DNA from: Octopus bimaculoides
Taxonomy: Eukaryota
DNA length: 44,326 nt
Direction: 5' to 3'
NCBI RefSeq assembly: GCF_001194135.2
Contig: NC_068985.1
Span: 20,874,627 to 20,918,952, forward strand
The translations under genes and the position numbers were made by a program. The notes beneath the pieces were generated by a model, which made no database searches, was not told where the DNA came from, and worked only from the letters and a program-made list of their open reading frames with translations. Of the stretch, positions 1 to 11,872 are shown piece by piece. Within the stretch, counting starts at the first letter, position 1, and the number at the start of each line of letters is the position of its first letter.

Positions 1-336
1 GTTTGCAGTCTTTATTGCACCTGAACATCTGCCACAAACAAAAACTAACTTGCTAGTTAACCTGCCTTTGATGTTGCTGCACCTCTTATGTGTCCATAGC
101 TTGCACCGGGTACATCTTATAGAGTTACTACCTACTCCTTTTCTACATACTGAGCAGGGCCATCTACCTGAAGGGGTTTGTGTTTTATCTACCTTCCTAC
201 TTATTAGGATTTTGGTTTTAGCTAGGTTGACTCTAAGGCCCTTCAATTCTAGACCTTGCTTCCACACCTGAAACTTCTCCTCTAGTTCTGATAGTGACTC
301 CGCAATTAGGGCAAGGTCATCAGCATAGAGGAGCTC
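1..336 (-). mobile_element. RTE-clade LINE ORF2 fragment (RT C-terminal part + C4HC3 PHD-like finger), 5'-truncated, runs off the window start
   Basis: Manual minus-strand translation from 336 gives 112 uninterrupted codons: ELLYADDLALIAESLSELEEKFQVWKQGLELKGLRVNLAKTKILIS...WPCSVCRKGVGSNSIRCTRCKLWTHKRCSNIKGRLTSKLVFVCGRCSG; YADD at 327-316. Absent from the ORF track because there is no start codon. Confidence 0.92.
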
Positions 337-470
337 ACACACACACACACACTCTATTGGCAAGAAATCTTGAAATAAAACTGAATACTGACATAAAGCA
401 TACATACATATGTACATACATACATACGTATGTATGTACATATATACATACATACATGTATGCATGCATG
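337..470. repeat. (CA)n and (TACA)n microsatellites
   Basis: Directly visible simple repeats abutting the truncated 5' end of the LINE. Confidence 0.85.
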
Positions 471-1879
471 GTGGTAGTCCAACTCACTGTCAATTATGGC
501 CACCTTTTGAGCATTGTTCCCTTTTCCTTTTAGCATGTTGTGCCTCCCTGTCATGAGCTGATCTCAGTGATGATGATATACACTTATATGTCACGACCAC
601 ATCTCCACCTCCCAGACACCAGAGGCACATACATAATTGAGGCTACAGCTTTGCTGGCAACTAGATAAAACTATGACCTTGCCTCAACACAAAGTTCCTC
701 AGATTATCCTGATTTGGTCATTTCAGTATTCTAACTTCAATTAAATTAATTTCTTGAAGACACAGTTATAAGATCTTTTTTTTTTAATTGTCTGCGACAG
801 TATCAGCTCATGTATAGGCACTGCAGAACTGCAGCACCCACTATTTCCACAAGATATTATCAATAACATTCAATATAATGAGTTCTTTTTTCTTTAATTC
901 ATTCTTTATACTTGTACGTTATATAATACTTAAGCTTAATGTCAGTAGCCATCCCTTAGTTTATGAAAAGAATACAAAAGTCCTTGTATAAAACTGTGTG
1001 CTTCACAGTTCCAGCAACGTGGTGTTTGGCTGTTGTGTGCATGCTCACATGTCCGAGATAGGAAGTTTCACTCTAAGGAGAGAGAGCACTGTGTGAAAGT
1101 GCTGGGTGAAAGATAGTGTTGTGGTTTGACTCCGCGTGTGCTGTGCTTAAAAATGTGTTTATATTCTTGAATGTGATAAAATGTTGAATTAGATTATTAT
1201 CCTGCTTCCAGCTTCAGTATTGCTGCCAGGATTTGAAAAATAGGGCACATTTCCCCCACTTATTTTGTGATTTAGGGGGCGGGATTTGAAAAACAAGGGA
1301 GAATTTGTGGCAGCATTTAGTGAACAAATTAAACACACTACCCAGCAGTGGCTAAAACATGAACCGATCAAGTTTATGTATAAATTTTCTTGTTATATGT
1401 TTGTTTCCTTTTACACAATATTAAAACAACGGCTAAATATTTTCTGAAACAGCACCCCTACTAATTTTAGCTACAAGCCACCAGTAGTCTGCAATTTGTG
1501 TTATTCCATTAAATTTCAAATATGTGTGTTCATTCCTGTTTATAATCTCTTCATATTTACATGACTAATAGATTTTCAGTGTCTCTACACTCTCACTTTA
1601 TCAGTTGATAAAATGTGTCCAAAGCTTCCATACTTAGTTCTAGAGCCAACCTTCTTTTATATTGTAAAGGAAAGGTCAGATTCATGAACCTTGTCATGAA
1701 GCAAACTTTGGTGTAGCCTATTGGAAAACAATAAATACGCCAAAGGATTTTCTATAGACTTCAGAAATGTCACAACAGGCACTAAACAAACACATTTGTC
1801 ACATTTATACTAGAATCTGCCATCCATAAAGTGTGGAATATATCCTCTCTCTCTCTCACACACACACACATACACACAC

Positions 1880-1961
1880 TGACAGTGACTTCAAAGTTTT
1901 GGACAGGTTAAGCCATTGTTGAATGATGGATTAACTAGCTGAAACTTCAAAGTCACTGTCA
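1880..1961. repeat. 82-bp fold-back (tiny MITE-like hairpin)
   Basis: tgacagtgacttcaaagttt at 1880 versus the reverse complement of aaacttcaaagtcactgtca ending at 1961 (20 bp, 2 mismatches); the interior is also partly self-complementary. Confidence 0.65.
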
Positions 1962-2196
1962 ATAATATTCATGTTGAAGAATAATAAATTTGTCCTCTGC
2001 AAAAGTATAGAGTAACCCATCAGATTAATGTAAATTTCTTTCTATTATAACTGAACACAAAAACAAACTAACACACACACATATATATATATATATAAAT
2101 ATATAGATATATAGATCAGAAAAAGGTATCTCCATATATAGAATACACTTAATAGTGCTTAAGAGGTTTAAATTTGAGCATATAGAGGAGTAAATG

Positions 2197-2646
2197 TAAG
2201 GATAAGTAAGGCAGGTCGAAATACAAAAAATATTAAATACATTAATACAAAAAATGTATATATGTTTACATATAAAAAAAAGGTTCAACTTACACAGAAA
2301 GGAAATGATATCAGGAATTAAAGGGGACGAATACGAGTTCTACAAGAGTCCAACAGCTCCTCTGTCTTCAGGGAAAAAGTCTTAGATTTGAGGTGTCTAC
2401 AGAAACATTAAGGATGGAATTATTTTATGGAGAACTAAGTGTATTAGAAGGAGGAGGTGGGAGGTATTTGGATAGAGAATAGTGGGAGGAGAAAATAAAG
2501 GGTTAATAAAACTCTTATTCAGCCCCTTTAATTCCTATCATTTCTTTTCTGTGTAAATCAGACCTTTTTATATGTAAACATATATACATTTTTGTATTAA
2601 ATGTATTTAATATTTTTTGTATATCGACCTGCCTCACTTATCCTTA
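2197..2646. mobile_element. Fold-back element: ~140-bp inverted arms (2197-2339 / 2510-2646) around a ~170-bp spacer; possibly Penelope-like non-autonomous
   Basis: Left arm taaggataagtaaggcaggtcga...ggaattaaaggggacgaatacgagtt matches the reverse complement of aactcttattcagcccctttaattcc...tcgacctgcctcacttatcctta. The family assignment is inference. Confidence 0.75.
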
Positions 2647-2789
2647 TAATCATATATATATATACACACACATATATATAAACCTGGCATAGGAGGACAC
2701 ACAGAATAACAGAACATACACATAATAGATACAGGCAAGCTGAAACTCCATCAGTTATCAACCAAATATCACTGTGTGTGTGTGTGTGG

Positions 2790-4280
2790 CTCTGCATGGA
2801 TACACATGTAAGAACATAATGTTTTTATTCAGGATGATATCATGCAGTACATGAATGATCGTTATGTCACTTCTCCAGAAACAATATAAAGGTTGTTGGA
2901 ATGGAAAATGTACTTCTTCCAATACATCTTGGACATTAGCATCTAGTTTACTTTCAAGAAGATACTCGAATCTTAAAATATCCAAGACAGCAACACTTTT
3001 CTCATGGCATGTTTCAGATTAAATGAAATGGACAAAGCTTCCTTTAAATATCTCTGCTTGGAAATTACTTTGAATAAAGAACACATGGAAACAGAGAATA
3101 CATAGAGGAGATTATATAATTCTTAAAATATACACAAGACAACCAAAGGAAAATGAGAAATTTTACTTCAGATTATTATTATTGCATGTAAATGGAACCA
3201 ACAAGTTTTAAAGGCATCCATACTAACAACAGTATTATCTACAACACACACAAAGCAGCAGTTGAAAGCATAAATTTGTTAAATAATGAGGAATGGGTGC
3301 AATGTATATCAGAAGTAGTAGAAGTCAGAATGCCTCCCCAACTGAGAGAATCTTGTGCTGTTATATGTGCCCTAAATAGACAGAGTGATCTGCTGTCGCT
3401 ATTCCAGCTGTTTGAGCAGCACTTTATTCAAGATTTCATAGCAGAGAGCAAAACAAACGTAGAAGCTTGTAACAGTGCACTGCATGATATTCAGTAAGCA
3501 CTTGTTACTCACGGTTTATGCTGCCACAACTTAGGATTACCTGAATGTGTGCCAATATTTAATAATGACATTAGTGAGGTTCATGTAGAGAATGCTACTG
3601 CTGTTGACATTAAAATTTAAATGAGCTGCAACATGGCATATTTGATAGCAACGTAGAAAGTTTGGATGACAATGATGCAAAACACAGGTTTTGTTTCCTT
3701 GGTGGCCCTGGAGGATATTGCAACATATTTGGTAATTATGTGCTGCCATATGCAACAACTATTATTGCTATTGATTGGCAGAATGGTGGCAAGATAGTTC
3801 ACTGCAGACTGTGTTTTCCTGTATCCATCTTTGAAACATTAACTATCATCCATGCAAATTCCCTGGGAAAGTTCTCAAAGAATAAGCCAGTACTGTCCTA
3901 ATGATAATAAAGGAAGCATCAATTTTTTTCTGTGAATGCACAACCTACAAAAGATAGCCTATTGAAAACCATAATGAGGAACAATAAATCATTCTGAGGA
4001 AATCTTTCTCCTCTCAGTGAAGACTTTTGCCAAACATCATCTATAGTACCAAGAGATTTCACCACGGAAATAATAGAGAATTGCATCGAGTAATCACCAT
4101 TATGGAGATATGTAAAGATTCTCAGACTCAACATCAACATAAGATAATGAAGTGATGCAGCCTGTAACCATTAGTTGTTGCAGTTATGAAGTAGAACAAT
4201 AACTAAGTTCAGATGGGAACATCATGGAAATACAAGAGATAGTTTAAAATGGAAATGTTGCAGAGACTTTATATGGGTAT
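2790..4280 (+). mobile_element. Degenerate Helitron RepHel (end of Rep through Pif1-type helicase motifs)
   Basis: Fragments QDDIMQYMNDRYVTSPE, NTFLMACFRLNEMD, EKFYFRLLLLHV, PPQLRESCAVICAL, FCFLGGPGG (helicase motif I-like), GGKIVHCRLCFPV and EDFCQTSSIVPR...SPLWRYVKILRL are colinear with Helitron proteins; many stops and frameshifts. Confidence 0.85.
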
Positions 4281-4573
4281 TTGTTAACCTTGACAAAAAA
4301 CAGTGAAAAAAGCAATCAACATTGAATTTGCTTGCAAAAACAAAAAAGAAAAATACTTAGTAACTAAATAATAGAATTCTGAATCTCTTACCAGGTTAAA
4401 TAACATAACATATAAGAATAGACAATAAATCAGCTGGAGATGACAAGCAAAATGTAAATGTAAATTTTTAGGCAAACTAGTCCTTCAGGATTATCTGTTC
4501 GTTAGGTAAAGTTAAAAGTTGATTCAAACATAATACTCATATGTAACCTCAAGACCCATTTAATAATCCATTG

Positions 4574-4790
4574 CATCATCATTAACTGTTCTTTTTCCAT
4601 ACTGGCATGGAATGGATGGTTCAACAGAAACCAATGAGCCAGAGAATGGTGCTAATCTCCAATGTCTGCTTTGATGTGGTTTCTATAGCTGGATGACCTT
4701 TCTAGCACCAACAACTTTTGCAAAATGTACCAGTTTTATTTTTCATGGTACTAGTACTAGTGAGATCACCAAATACTCACAAGACAAGCC
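4574..4790 (-). mobile_element. Old RTE-type 3' end ((GAT)n-tailed repeat)
   Basis: catcatcatt tail plus ...tttctatagctggatgacctttcta..., homologous to 15517-15780 and 33121-33336. Confidence 0.6.
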
Positions 4791-5053
4791 CTCTCTCCAA
4801 CTAAATGGGATATAGTATTGAAGGAGGTGAAAGTATATTAGAATGATACATGTGTGTGTGTATGTGTGAGGGGAGCAGCAGAAGAGGAGATAGTGAATTA
4901 TCAAGGGTGGACTTAAGTCTTTGAATCAACCATTCAATACATTTAAATTATATTTGTTCCAGCCTGCATTTAGTCATGGCCTATATATACTTTTTTAAGT
5001 AAAACTAAAAAGAGTTGAAAGTTACTAATTAATATTACACACTTTTAGAGTGT

Positions 5054-5207
5054 GTTACTACCTCCTAAGGTATACACAAAAATTGTTGTTCTTAAAGAAC
5101 TTTGAGGTATAATGCAGATTTAATATGCTTTTTGATATAGTATGAGGTTGACTTGCTACATCCTGCAACCAGTATAATATTAGTGAGAATGTTATACATA
5201 TTTGATG
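5054..5207 (+). repeat. 154-bp exact direct repeat, copy 1 (copy 2 at 6648-6801)
   Basis: gttactacctcctaagg...gttatacatatttgatg is identical by eye in both copies. Confidence 0.9.
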
Positions 5208-5794
5208 GGAATTTCAATCTGCCGTGTTATAAACATCATTGTAAACTACATCCTGTGCCATATTGCGAAATAATGTAAATATTCTTATAAATTACATTCT
5301 GCAAAATAGTGTAAAAATGTAAATATTGCCGTAAGCTATAATCTCTATCATTGTTATGAAATATTGTGAATGAAGCTCTAAAATACAGCTGTGTCATATT
5401 ATGAAATGCAATATTGCATACGCAGCCTATGTCTTAGTGTGGAATGGAAAAATCGATATATATAACAACCTCTATAATAATATAAAATATATATATGATC
5501 TTTAATTGCAACTTGTACCATATTCTGACATGCTAATGATACTGTAAAATTTAAATGTACCTTATTAAGACCAGTAAATAGTGAAAAGTGGGAGCAGTTA
5601 GCCAATCCCAACACTTGGTTTGTGCATTATTTTAATGACTCCCAAAAATAATACATCAAGAATGTGGTATCTGTTGCTGTAAAATGTAACATACACCTTA
5701 TGAGATAATACAAATAGTGTTGTGAACTGTAACCTATCAAGGCTTCTTGTCAATATAGTATAAACACAGATACACATATATATTATATAACTGG

Positions 5795-6078
5795 CACACT
5801 GTCGCTTATTACAAAAAAGGGTTCCAGTTGATCCAATCAATGGAACAATGTATGTGGCTGAGCACTCCACAGATACATGTTCCCTTAACGTAATTCTTAG
5901 GAAGATTCAGCATGACACAGAATGTAACAAGACTGGCCCTCATTTTTGCCAGCTGAGTAGACTGAAGCAACAGGAAATAAAGTGTCTTTGAAAAAGAACC
6001 CATTGTGTTGCCGTCATCGAACTCACAACCCTACAATTGTGACCCAAATACCTATAACTACTAAGCCATGCACCTTCA
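5795..6078 (-). mobile_element. tRNA-headed SINE with CORE-like central block
   Basis: Minus strand reads gtgcatggcttagtagtt (A-box-like) ... gagttcga (B-box-like) ... aagacactttatttc...ctcagctggcaaaaatgag. Confidence 0.75.
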
Positions 6079-6083
6079 CCTCT

Positions 6084-6415
6084 CATGGCTCAGTGGTTAG
6101 AGCATCAGGCTCACAATCATGAGGTTGTGAGTTCAATTCCTGGACCAATCTGTAAGTTGTGCTCTTGAGCAAGACACTTTATTTCAAGTCATTCCGTTCA
6201 CCCAGCTGTAAAAATGAGTTGTAACATCACCTGCGCCAAGCTGTATCGGCCTTTACCTTTTCCGTGGGTAACATCGGTGGCATGGAGAGGGGAGACTGGT
6301 ATGCATGGGTAACTGCTGGTCTTCCATAAACAACTTTGCCTGGAATTGTGCCTCAGAGGGTAACTTTTAAGGTGCAATCCCATAGTCATTCATTACCAAA
6401 GGGGGTCCTTCCTTT
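6084..6415 (+). mobile_element. tRNA-headed SINE with CORE-like central block, different tail
   Basis: catggctcagtggttagagc (A box), gagttcaattcc (B box), cttgagcaagacactttatttc...cagctgtaaaaatgag. Confidence 0.8.
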
Positions 6416-6474
6416 TATGTGTATATATATCTATATAGTGTGAAGCATTTATGTATAGTAATGCCCTTAATATA

Positions 6475-6517
<43 letters not shown>

Positions 6518-6647
6518 TTGGTGGTAAGAAGAATCTAAACCACTTCCAACATCGAATTTTGCAAAACAATACGAAAGAATAATAGATAAGTGCTTAAAAG
6601 TCCAAAACTTTTTCCTGTCTCTTCCCCATCATTTTTTTCTTTTTTCA

Positions 6648-6801
6648 GTTACTACCTCCTAAGGTATACACAAAAATTGTTGTTCTTAAAGAACTTTGAG
6701 GTATAATGCAGATTTAATATGCTTTTTGATATAGTATGAGGTTGACTTGCTACATCCTGCAACCAGTATAATATTAGTGAGAATGTTATACATATTTGAT
6801 G
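6648..6801 (+). repeat. 154-bp exact direct repeat, copy 2
   Basis: Identical to 5054-5207; preceded by a long polypyrimidine tract ending in CAG. Confidence 0.9.
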
Positions 6802-8636
6802 TACAAATTGTCTAAATACAACTTATTTCATATCTTTCTTATTCTGCTTATTTCTGAACAATCACCAATATTTCTCCCACATCTTTTTACCTTGCACCAC
6901 ACACTCATATACGCCCATGCATGCACTTGCATGCACTTATCCCATTTTGAAAACTCATTCACTTAGATGCTTTCTGGTGCACTTAACTTACAAGGCAGAC
7001 AATAGACATCCATTGGATCATACAGAATCTGCTGTTCTTCAGTGAATGGAATTTCTGCCATAAAGGCATTGACATCATTCAGTCTGCCTTTTAAATACAT
7101 AATACATTTATAGTAGGTTTTATCATATTGCCATCAGTAAAACTTTGCATTTAAAGCCATTGAGAACTTTTGCTAGTATGCTAAATATATATAGCTGTCT
7201 CCTTCACAAACACACATACTGACACCACACAACGGCATATGGAACAGATTTTATGTCAAAATGGTCAATTGTGACAGTCCATGGCTTTTTAACACATAAA
7301 GTGTGACAGGCCACGATTGTGGCCATCAGGCAGAGTTGACAAGCCACGATCATGGCCCAGATAGATGCATTTAATTTATGGGCGTTTGTTGGGGTCTAAT
7401 GTCACTCAAACGCTCCGATACCTCCCAGAATGCAAGAGGACCAATAGTTCAACTAATGAATTTTCAGATGATGTAAACCTTGCCACCATTGTATACTAAG
7501 AAGATATTTTAACTATCTTTTAATTTTTTAAGTGTGCATGGTAGTCTCATTTTCATAAAATATGCTCAGCGGTCCATGCTATGAAAATGCAAATCCCAGT
7601 GCTTTCTGACTAAAGTGGACTGACACATCTTTGTGTATTGATTTGTAAAACTCAAATTTTACTCTGAAAAAAAAAATATCATTACTTTAATTACTAACGA
7701 TGAATTTTGAGTAAAATTAAGAACAAAAACGATTAAAAAATTATAAATAAACTAGTAGAACCCATGGAAATTCCACAGAACAAAAAAGATTAAGAGAAGC
7801 TATTTAAGAAAGAAAGGATGATTTGAATTTATATTTTCCTTTTACTAATTTATTTCACTTCGTTATTTCACTTCTGGTCACAAAAATTTATAATATGATT
7901 TTAAAATTTCACTCTGCTAAGCACTTTATATTTCTCTCATTCTCTTCAACAAACTTTTTAACTATGTAATTCCCCTCTTTGACATTTCTCTCTTTCTCTT
8001 CACCTCTCTCTTCCACCAACCATAAAAGTGACAGCATAATGCATTGGCTGGCTATCTGCTCTCTCACATACCCTTACATTTCCTCTTCCTCTCTCTCACT
8101 CCACCTCCTCCTCCTGTCTAACAAGCTAAAATGTCTAACAAGCTAAAGTGTGGACGAACGCTCCTTGCCTCTCCCTTCAACTAACCACTAACCTTATAAT
8201 ACATCTTTCTCTGCTCCTTTCTCACTTCTTTCTTCTCTACTCACACTACTCTCACTCTCACTTTTACTCCACTTCTCACTCACTCCACCTCCACCTCTCT
8301 AACCAACTAAAGTATAACAGGCAAAAGAAACACCAATTCTAGTCACTTTTATGATTTGGTGACAAAAACAAAAATCATCAAGATCCGTTGAACTCAGATT
8401 TATGTGCATATTGACATACAGTACATAAAGAAGCATTCTTTGAACAAACCAAACCTAATGAACTTGTTAATAAATCATTTTCAAAACAAACCCTTTATAT
8501 ATACACATATACAGACACATATGTGTATATAAATGCACACTCAGTTCAAAGCTATACTCCAGCATGGCCACAGTCTAAAAACTGAAATGAGTAAAAGAAA
8601 AATACACACATGTATGTGTATATATATATATATATT

Positions 8637-8936
8637 AGTGGAGGCACATGGCCTAGTGGTTAGAGAAACAGACTAGCAGTTGAGGATCACAGGTTCGAAT
8701 CTCAGACCAGGCGATATATGTGTTTATGAGCAAAATACCCAAGCTCCACATGGCTCTGGCAGAAGGTAATGGCGAACCTCTGCTAACTCTTTCGCCACAA
8801 ATTTCTCTCATTCTCACCTCCTGCACCTAGCAGGTCACCTGCAATGGACCAATGTCCTGTCCAGATGGGGAACCTGTACGCCAGCAAAACCAGCCCTTAT
8901 GTGCCAGGCATGGCTTGACAAGGAACAAACAAACAA
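8637..8936 (+). mobile_element. tRNA-headed SINE
   Basis: catggcctagtggttagag (A box), ggttcgaatc (B box), body ending in an aacaaacaaacaa tail. Confidence 0.75.
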
Positions 8937-8985
8937 CATATATGTTTACGTGTGAGTATTTGTGTATGTATATATATATATATAT

Positions 8986-9035
8986 CCCATGCTAGCATGG
9001 AAAGTGGACGTTAAACGACGATGATGATGATGATG

Positions 9036-9037
<2 letters not shown>
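8986..9037 (+). mobile_element. Extremely 5'-truncated RTE-type 3' end
   Basis: cccatgctagcatggaaagtggacgttaaacgacgatgatgat, the same terminal hairpin and (GAT)n tail as 15517-15780. Confidence 0.8.
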
Positions 9038-9068
<31 letters not shown>

Positions 9069-9342
9069 CATATATGTATGTGTGTGTATATATATNNNNN
9101 NNNNNNNNNNNNNNNNNNNNNNNNNNNNNNNNNNNNNNNNNNNNNNNNNNNNNNNNNNNNNNNNNNNNNNNNNNNNNNNNNNNNNNNNNNNNNNNNNNNN
9201 NNNNNNNNNNNNNNNNNNNNNNNNNNNNNNNNNNNNNNNNNNNNNNNNNNNNNNNNNNNNNNNNNNNNNNNNNNNNNNNNNNNNNNNNNNNNNNNNNNNN
9301 NNNNNNNNNNNNNNNNNNNNNNNNNNNNNNNNNNNNNNNNNN

Positions 9343-9607
9343 ACTGAAAGAAGCCTGTCGTATATATGTATATATATATATGTATGTGTGTATGTGTTTG
9401 TATGTCTGTGTTTGTCACCCTAACATCGCTTGACAACCGATGCTGGTGTGTTTATGTCCCTGTAACTTAGCGGTTCGGCAAAAGAGACCGAAAGAATAAG
9501 TACTAGGCTTCCAAAGAATAAGTCCTGGGGTCGATTTGCTCGGCTAAAAGGCGGTGCTCCAGCATGGCCACAGTCAAAAGACTGAAACAAGTAAAAAAGT
9601 AAAAGAG
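9343..9607 (+). mobile_element. Bipartite SINE with internal (TA)/(TG) microsatellite; head lost in N gap 9096-9342
   Basis: actgaaagaagcctgtcg-(TA/TG)n-...ggcggtgctccagcatggccacagtc...gactgaaacaagtaaaa; same family as 22040-22386 and 27025-27633. Confidence 0.85.
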
Positions 9608-10473
9608 TATATATATATATGACTCTGTGTGTGTTTGTGTGTATATATATATATAAAACAGTCACAAATTCTCAGAATGCAAGTCTAGACTATATATATA
9701 TATAAGAAGACTCTAAGGATTACAACTTTAACAGACACCTTCAGCTATTTATAGCAAGTGTAAAGACTCATGATTATGGATCCTAACTAATATTACATAC
9801 AAACAAAACACATTAGCTCCATCAGAAATAACTTAAAGACCCAAACTTAACATTAAAAAACTCATATTCTTCTTTATTGGACAGAACATGACTTGTGACC
9901 TTCACTCATCCAGTTTAGAGTAAAGTAATTTCCATGATGCTATTCTATGGAGTAGCCTAACAAATACCAAATTTTAAAATTCTTACACAAAGCCCAGCAT
10001 TGTACATAGTCTGGACTGTTGAAGGGACATCTAGGTAGTTGCATGACCTGCTAGAAATAGAAGCAAAATCTACCTCATAATACACCCTGTCATCACTTAC
10101 AATAATTATCATTGTGCACTTTTATGTTTTGTGTTGGACAATAGGAGATGATCAAATAGTGAGTGAGAAAGGCATTAGCCTCATTTACTATCCATGTTTC
10201 ATGCTGGTATGTAGAATTGAAATGGCATTCAGTCTATCACACTGTCTGTCTGTCTGTCTCTCCCCGCTCTGTCTCTCTCTATCTCTTTCTTTGTCTCTCT
10301 TTTTATACACACAGACACACATATATACATATATATACATATATTACACACACACACACACATATATATATATATTTAATAATACAGATGAAGAAAATGG
10401 AAAAAAAATTGTAACATTGCCTGCAGGATTTAAACTCTGCATCTGTTGTAAAATATATAGCTTCCTAACCACT

Positions 10474-10507
<34 letters not shown>

Positions 10508-11397
10508 GGATGTGTGTGTGTGTGTATGTGTTTGCATATGTTAGAACATTGTGGTGATATTGGTGCAAATTGCTAGATATTCATGTTTCACTTAGTGTTT
10601 ATTTATTTAATGCTGCAAAGACTCCCTCCACACTGTTCACTTGCTGCATTATTATTATTATTATTGTTGTTGAAGTTTCTAAGTCCTTCTTTCACTCTTT
10701 TTTCTCTCAATCTCACTTTCTTTGACACACAGTCTCAGTTTCTCTACCAGTCATCACTTCCATTTGAGAACTAAGCCTTCTTCTTTCATCTCTTCTGTTC
10801 CTGCAGCTCTCTGTCTCTCTTCTTGGGCTTTGTTGCCATGTTAAAAGAATGGTGTAACTTCCACATGCTATGACATCTCAGAGCATAATGTTTTCTGAGG
10901 TCTGTGTTTTCATCCACGAATGAAGGGCTATAGATTCTATGTTTTTTTATGTGTATGTTATGTTTTTCATTTTATATCTTTTATTATTTTCATTTTATGT
11001 TTTGCAAGTTATTGATTTTCATTTGATCTTTCATGGGAGTTCTTTTGTGTTATTCCCAAGCTTGTTAAAATTATTTTAACATTGTTGATACTGTCAGATG
11101 GAGTGGTATTGAATTTGGTGTCAAAACCATGAAGATATCCAATTAAGCAGCTGATGATAAGATCTTTTTTTTTGCAATAGTATTTTTGTATAGTGTTCTT
11201 TTTGTTCTTTCATTCTGGTCTCTGTTCATTGTCATCATTCTTCATAAATACTTTGTAGTGTTACTTCTAATCATAGTGATTTTATTTATTCTGAAATGAG
11301 TTTGTTAGAGTCTTGTTAAGGAATTCTTTGCAGTTTCATTTGGGACTTTGTGAGGTTCAGTAGCAGATGTGAAACAAATGCATGTACACACACACAT

Positions 11398-11445
<48 letters not shown>

Positions 11446-11678
11446 GTGCATGTATATATACATATATCTATATATATAGATAGATAGATATATGTATCTG
11501 TGTGTGTGTANNNNNNNNNNNNNNNNNNNNNNNNNNNNNNNNNNNNNNNNNNNNNNNNNNNNNNNNNNNNNNNNNNNNNNNNNNNNNNNNNNNNNNNNNN
11601 NNNNNNNNNNNNNNNNNNNNNNNNNNNNNNNNNNNNNNNNNNNNNNNNNNNNNNNNNNNNNNNNNNNNNNNNNNNNNN

Positions 11679-11712
<34 letters not shown>

Positions 11713-11872
11713 TATATGATGGACTCTCCTGTCAAAGATGATGTATAAGTGTTGTTGCTCATAGTGATCGAATGTTCATGCTGCACATTAGCTCACTCTC
11801 TCCATCAAATCAACACTGTCTGAACAGAGGCACAGTGTATCTCGTGTCAGGTGTTGAAGTGATTACAGAGCA

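Noticed and set aside
8115-8147. 17-bp tandem duplication tgtctaacaagctaaa(a) with a short ATG-led frame
   Set aside because: Simple slippage duplication in low-complexity sequence; the frame ends after 17 codons.
9011-9665. Long ORFs from the track spanning (TA)/(TG) repeats and N gaps (likewise 11316-11786, 14723-15144, 16095-16570, 23359-23797, 27170-27771, 30233-30865, 43857-44211)
   Set aside because: They are translations of microsatellites, SINEs or N runs, with no coding signal.
10680-10940. Purine-rich minus-strand stretch resembling a LINE C-terminus (similar at 24040-24380)
   Set aside because: Too decayed to assign any motif with confidence.
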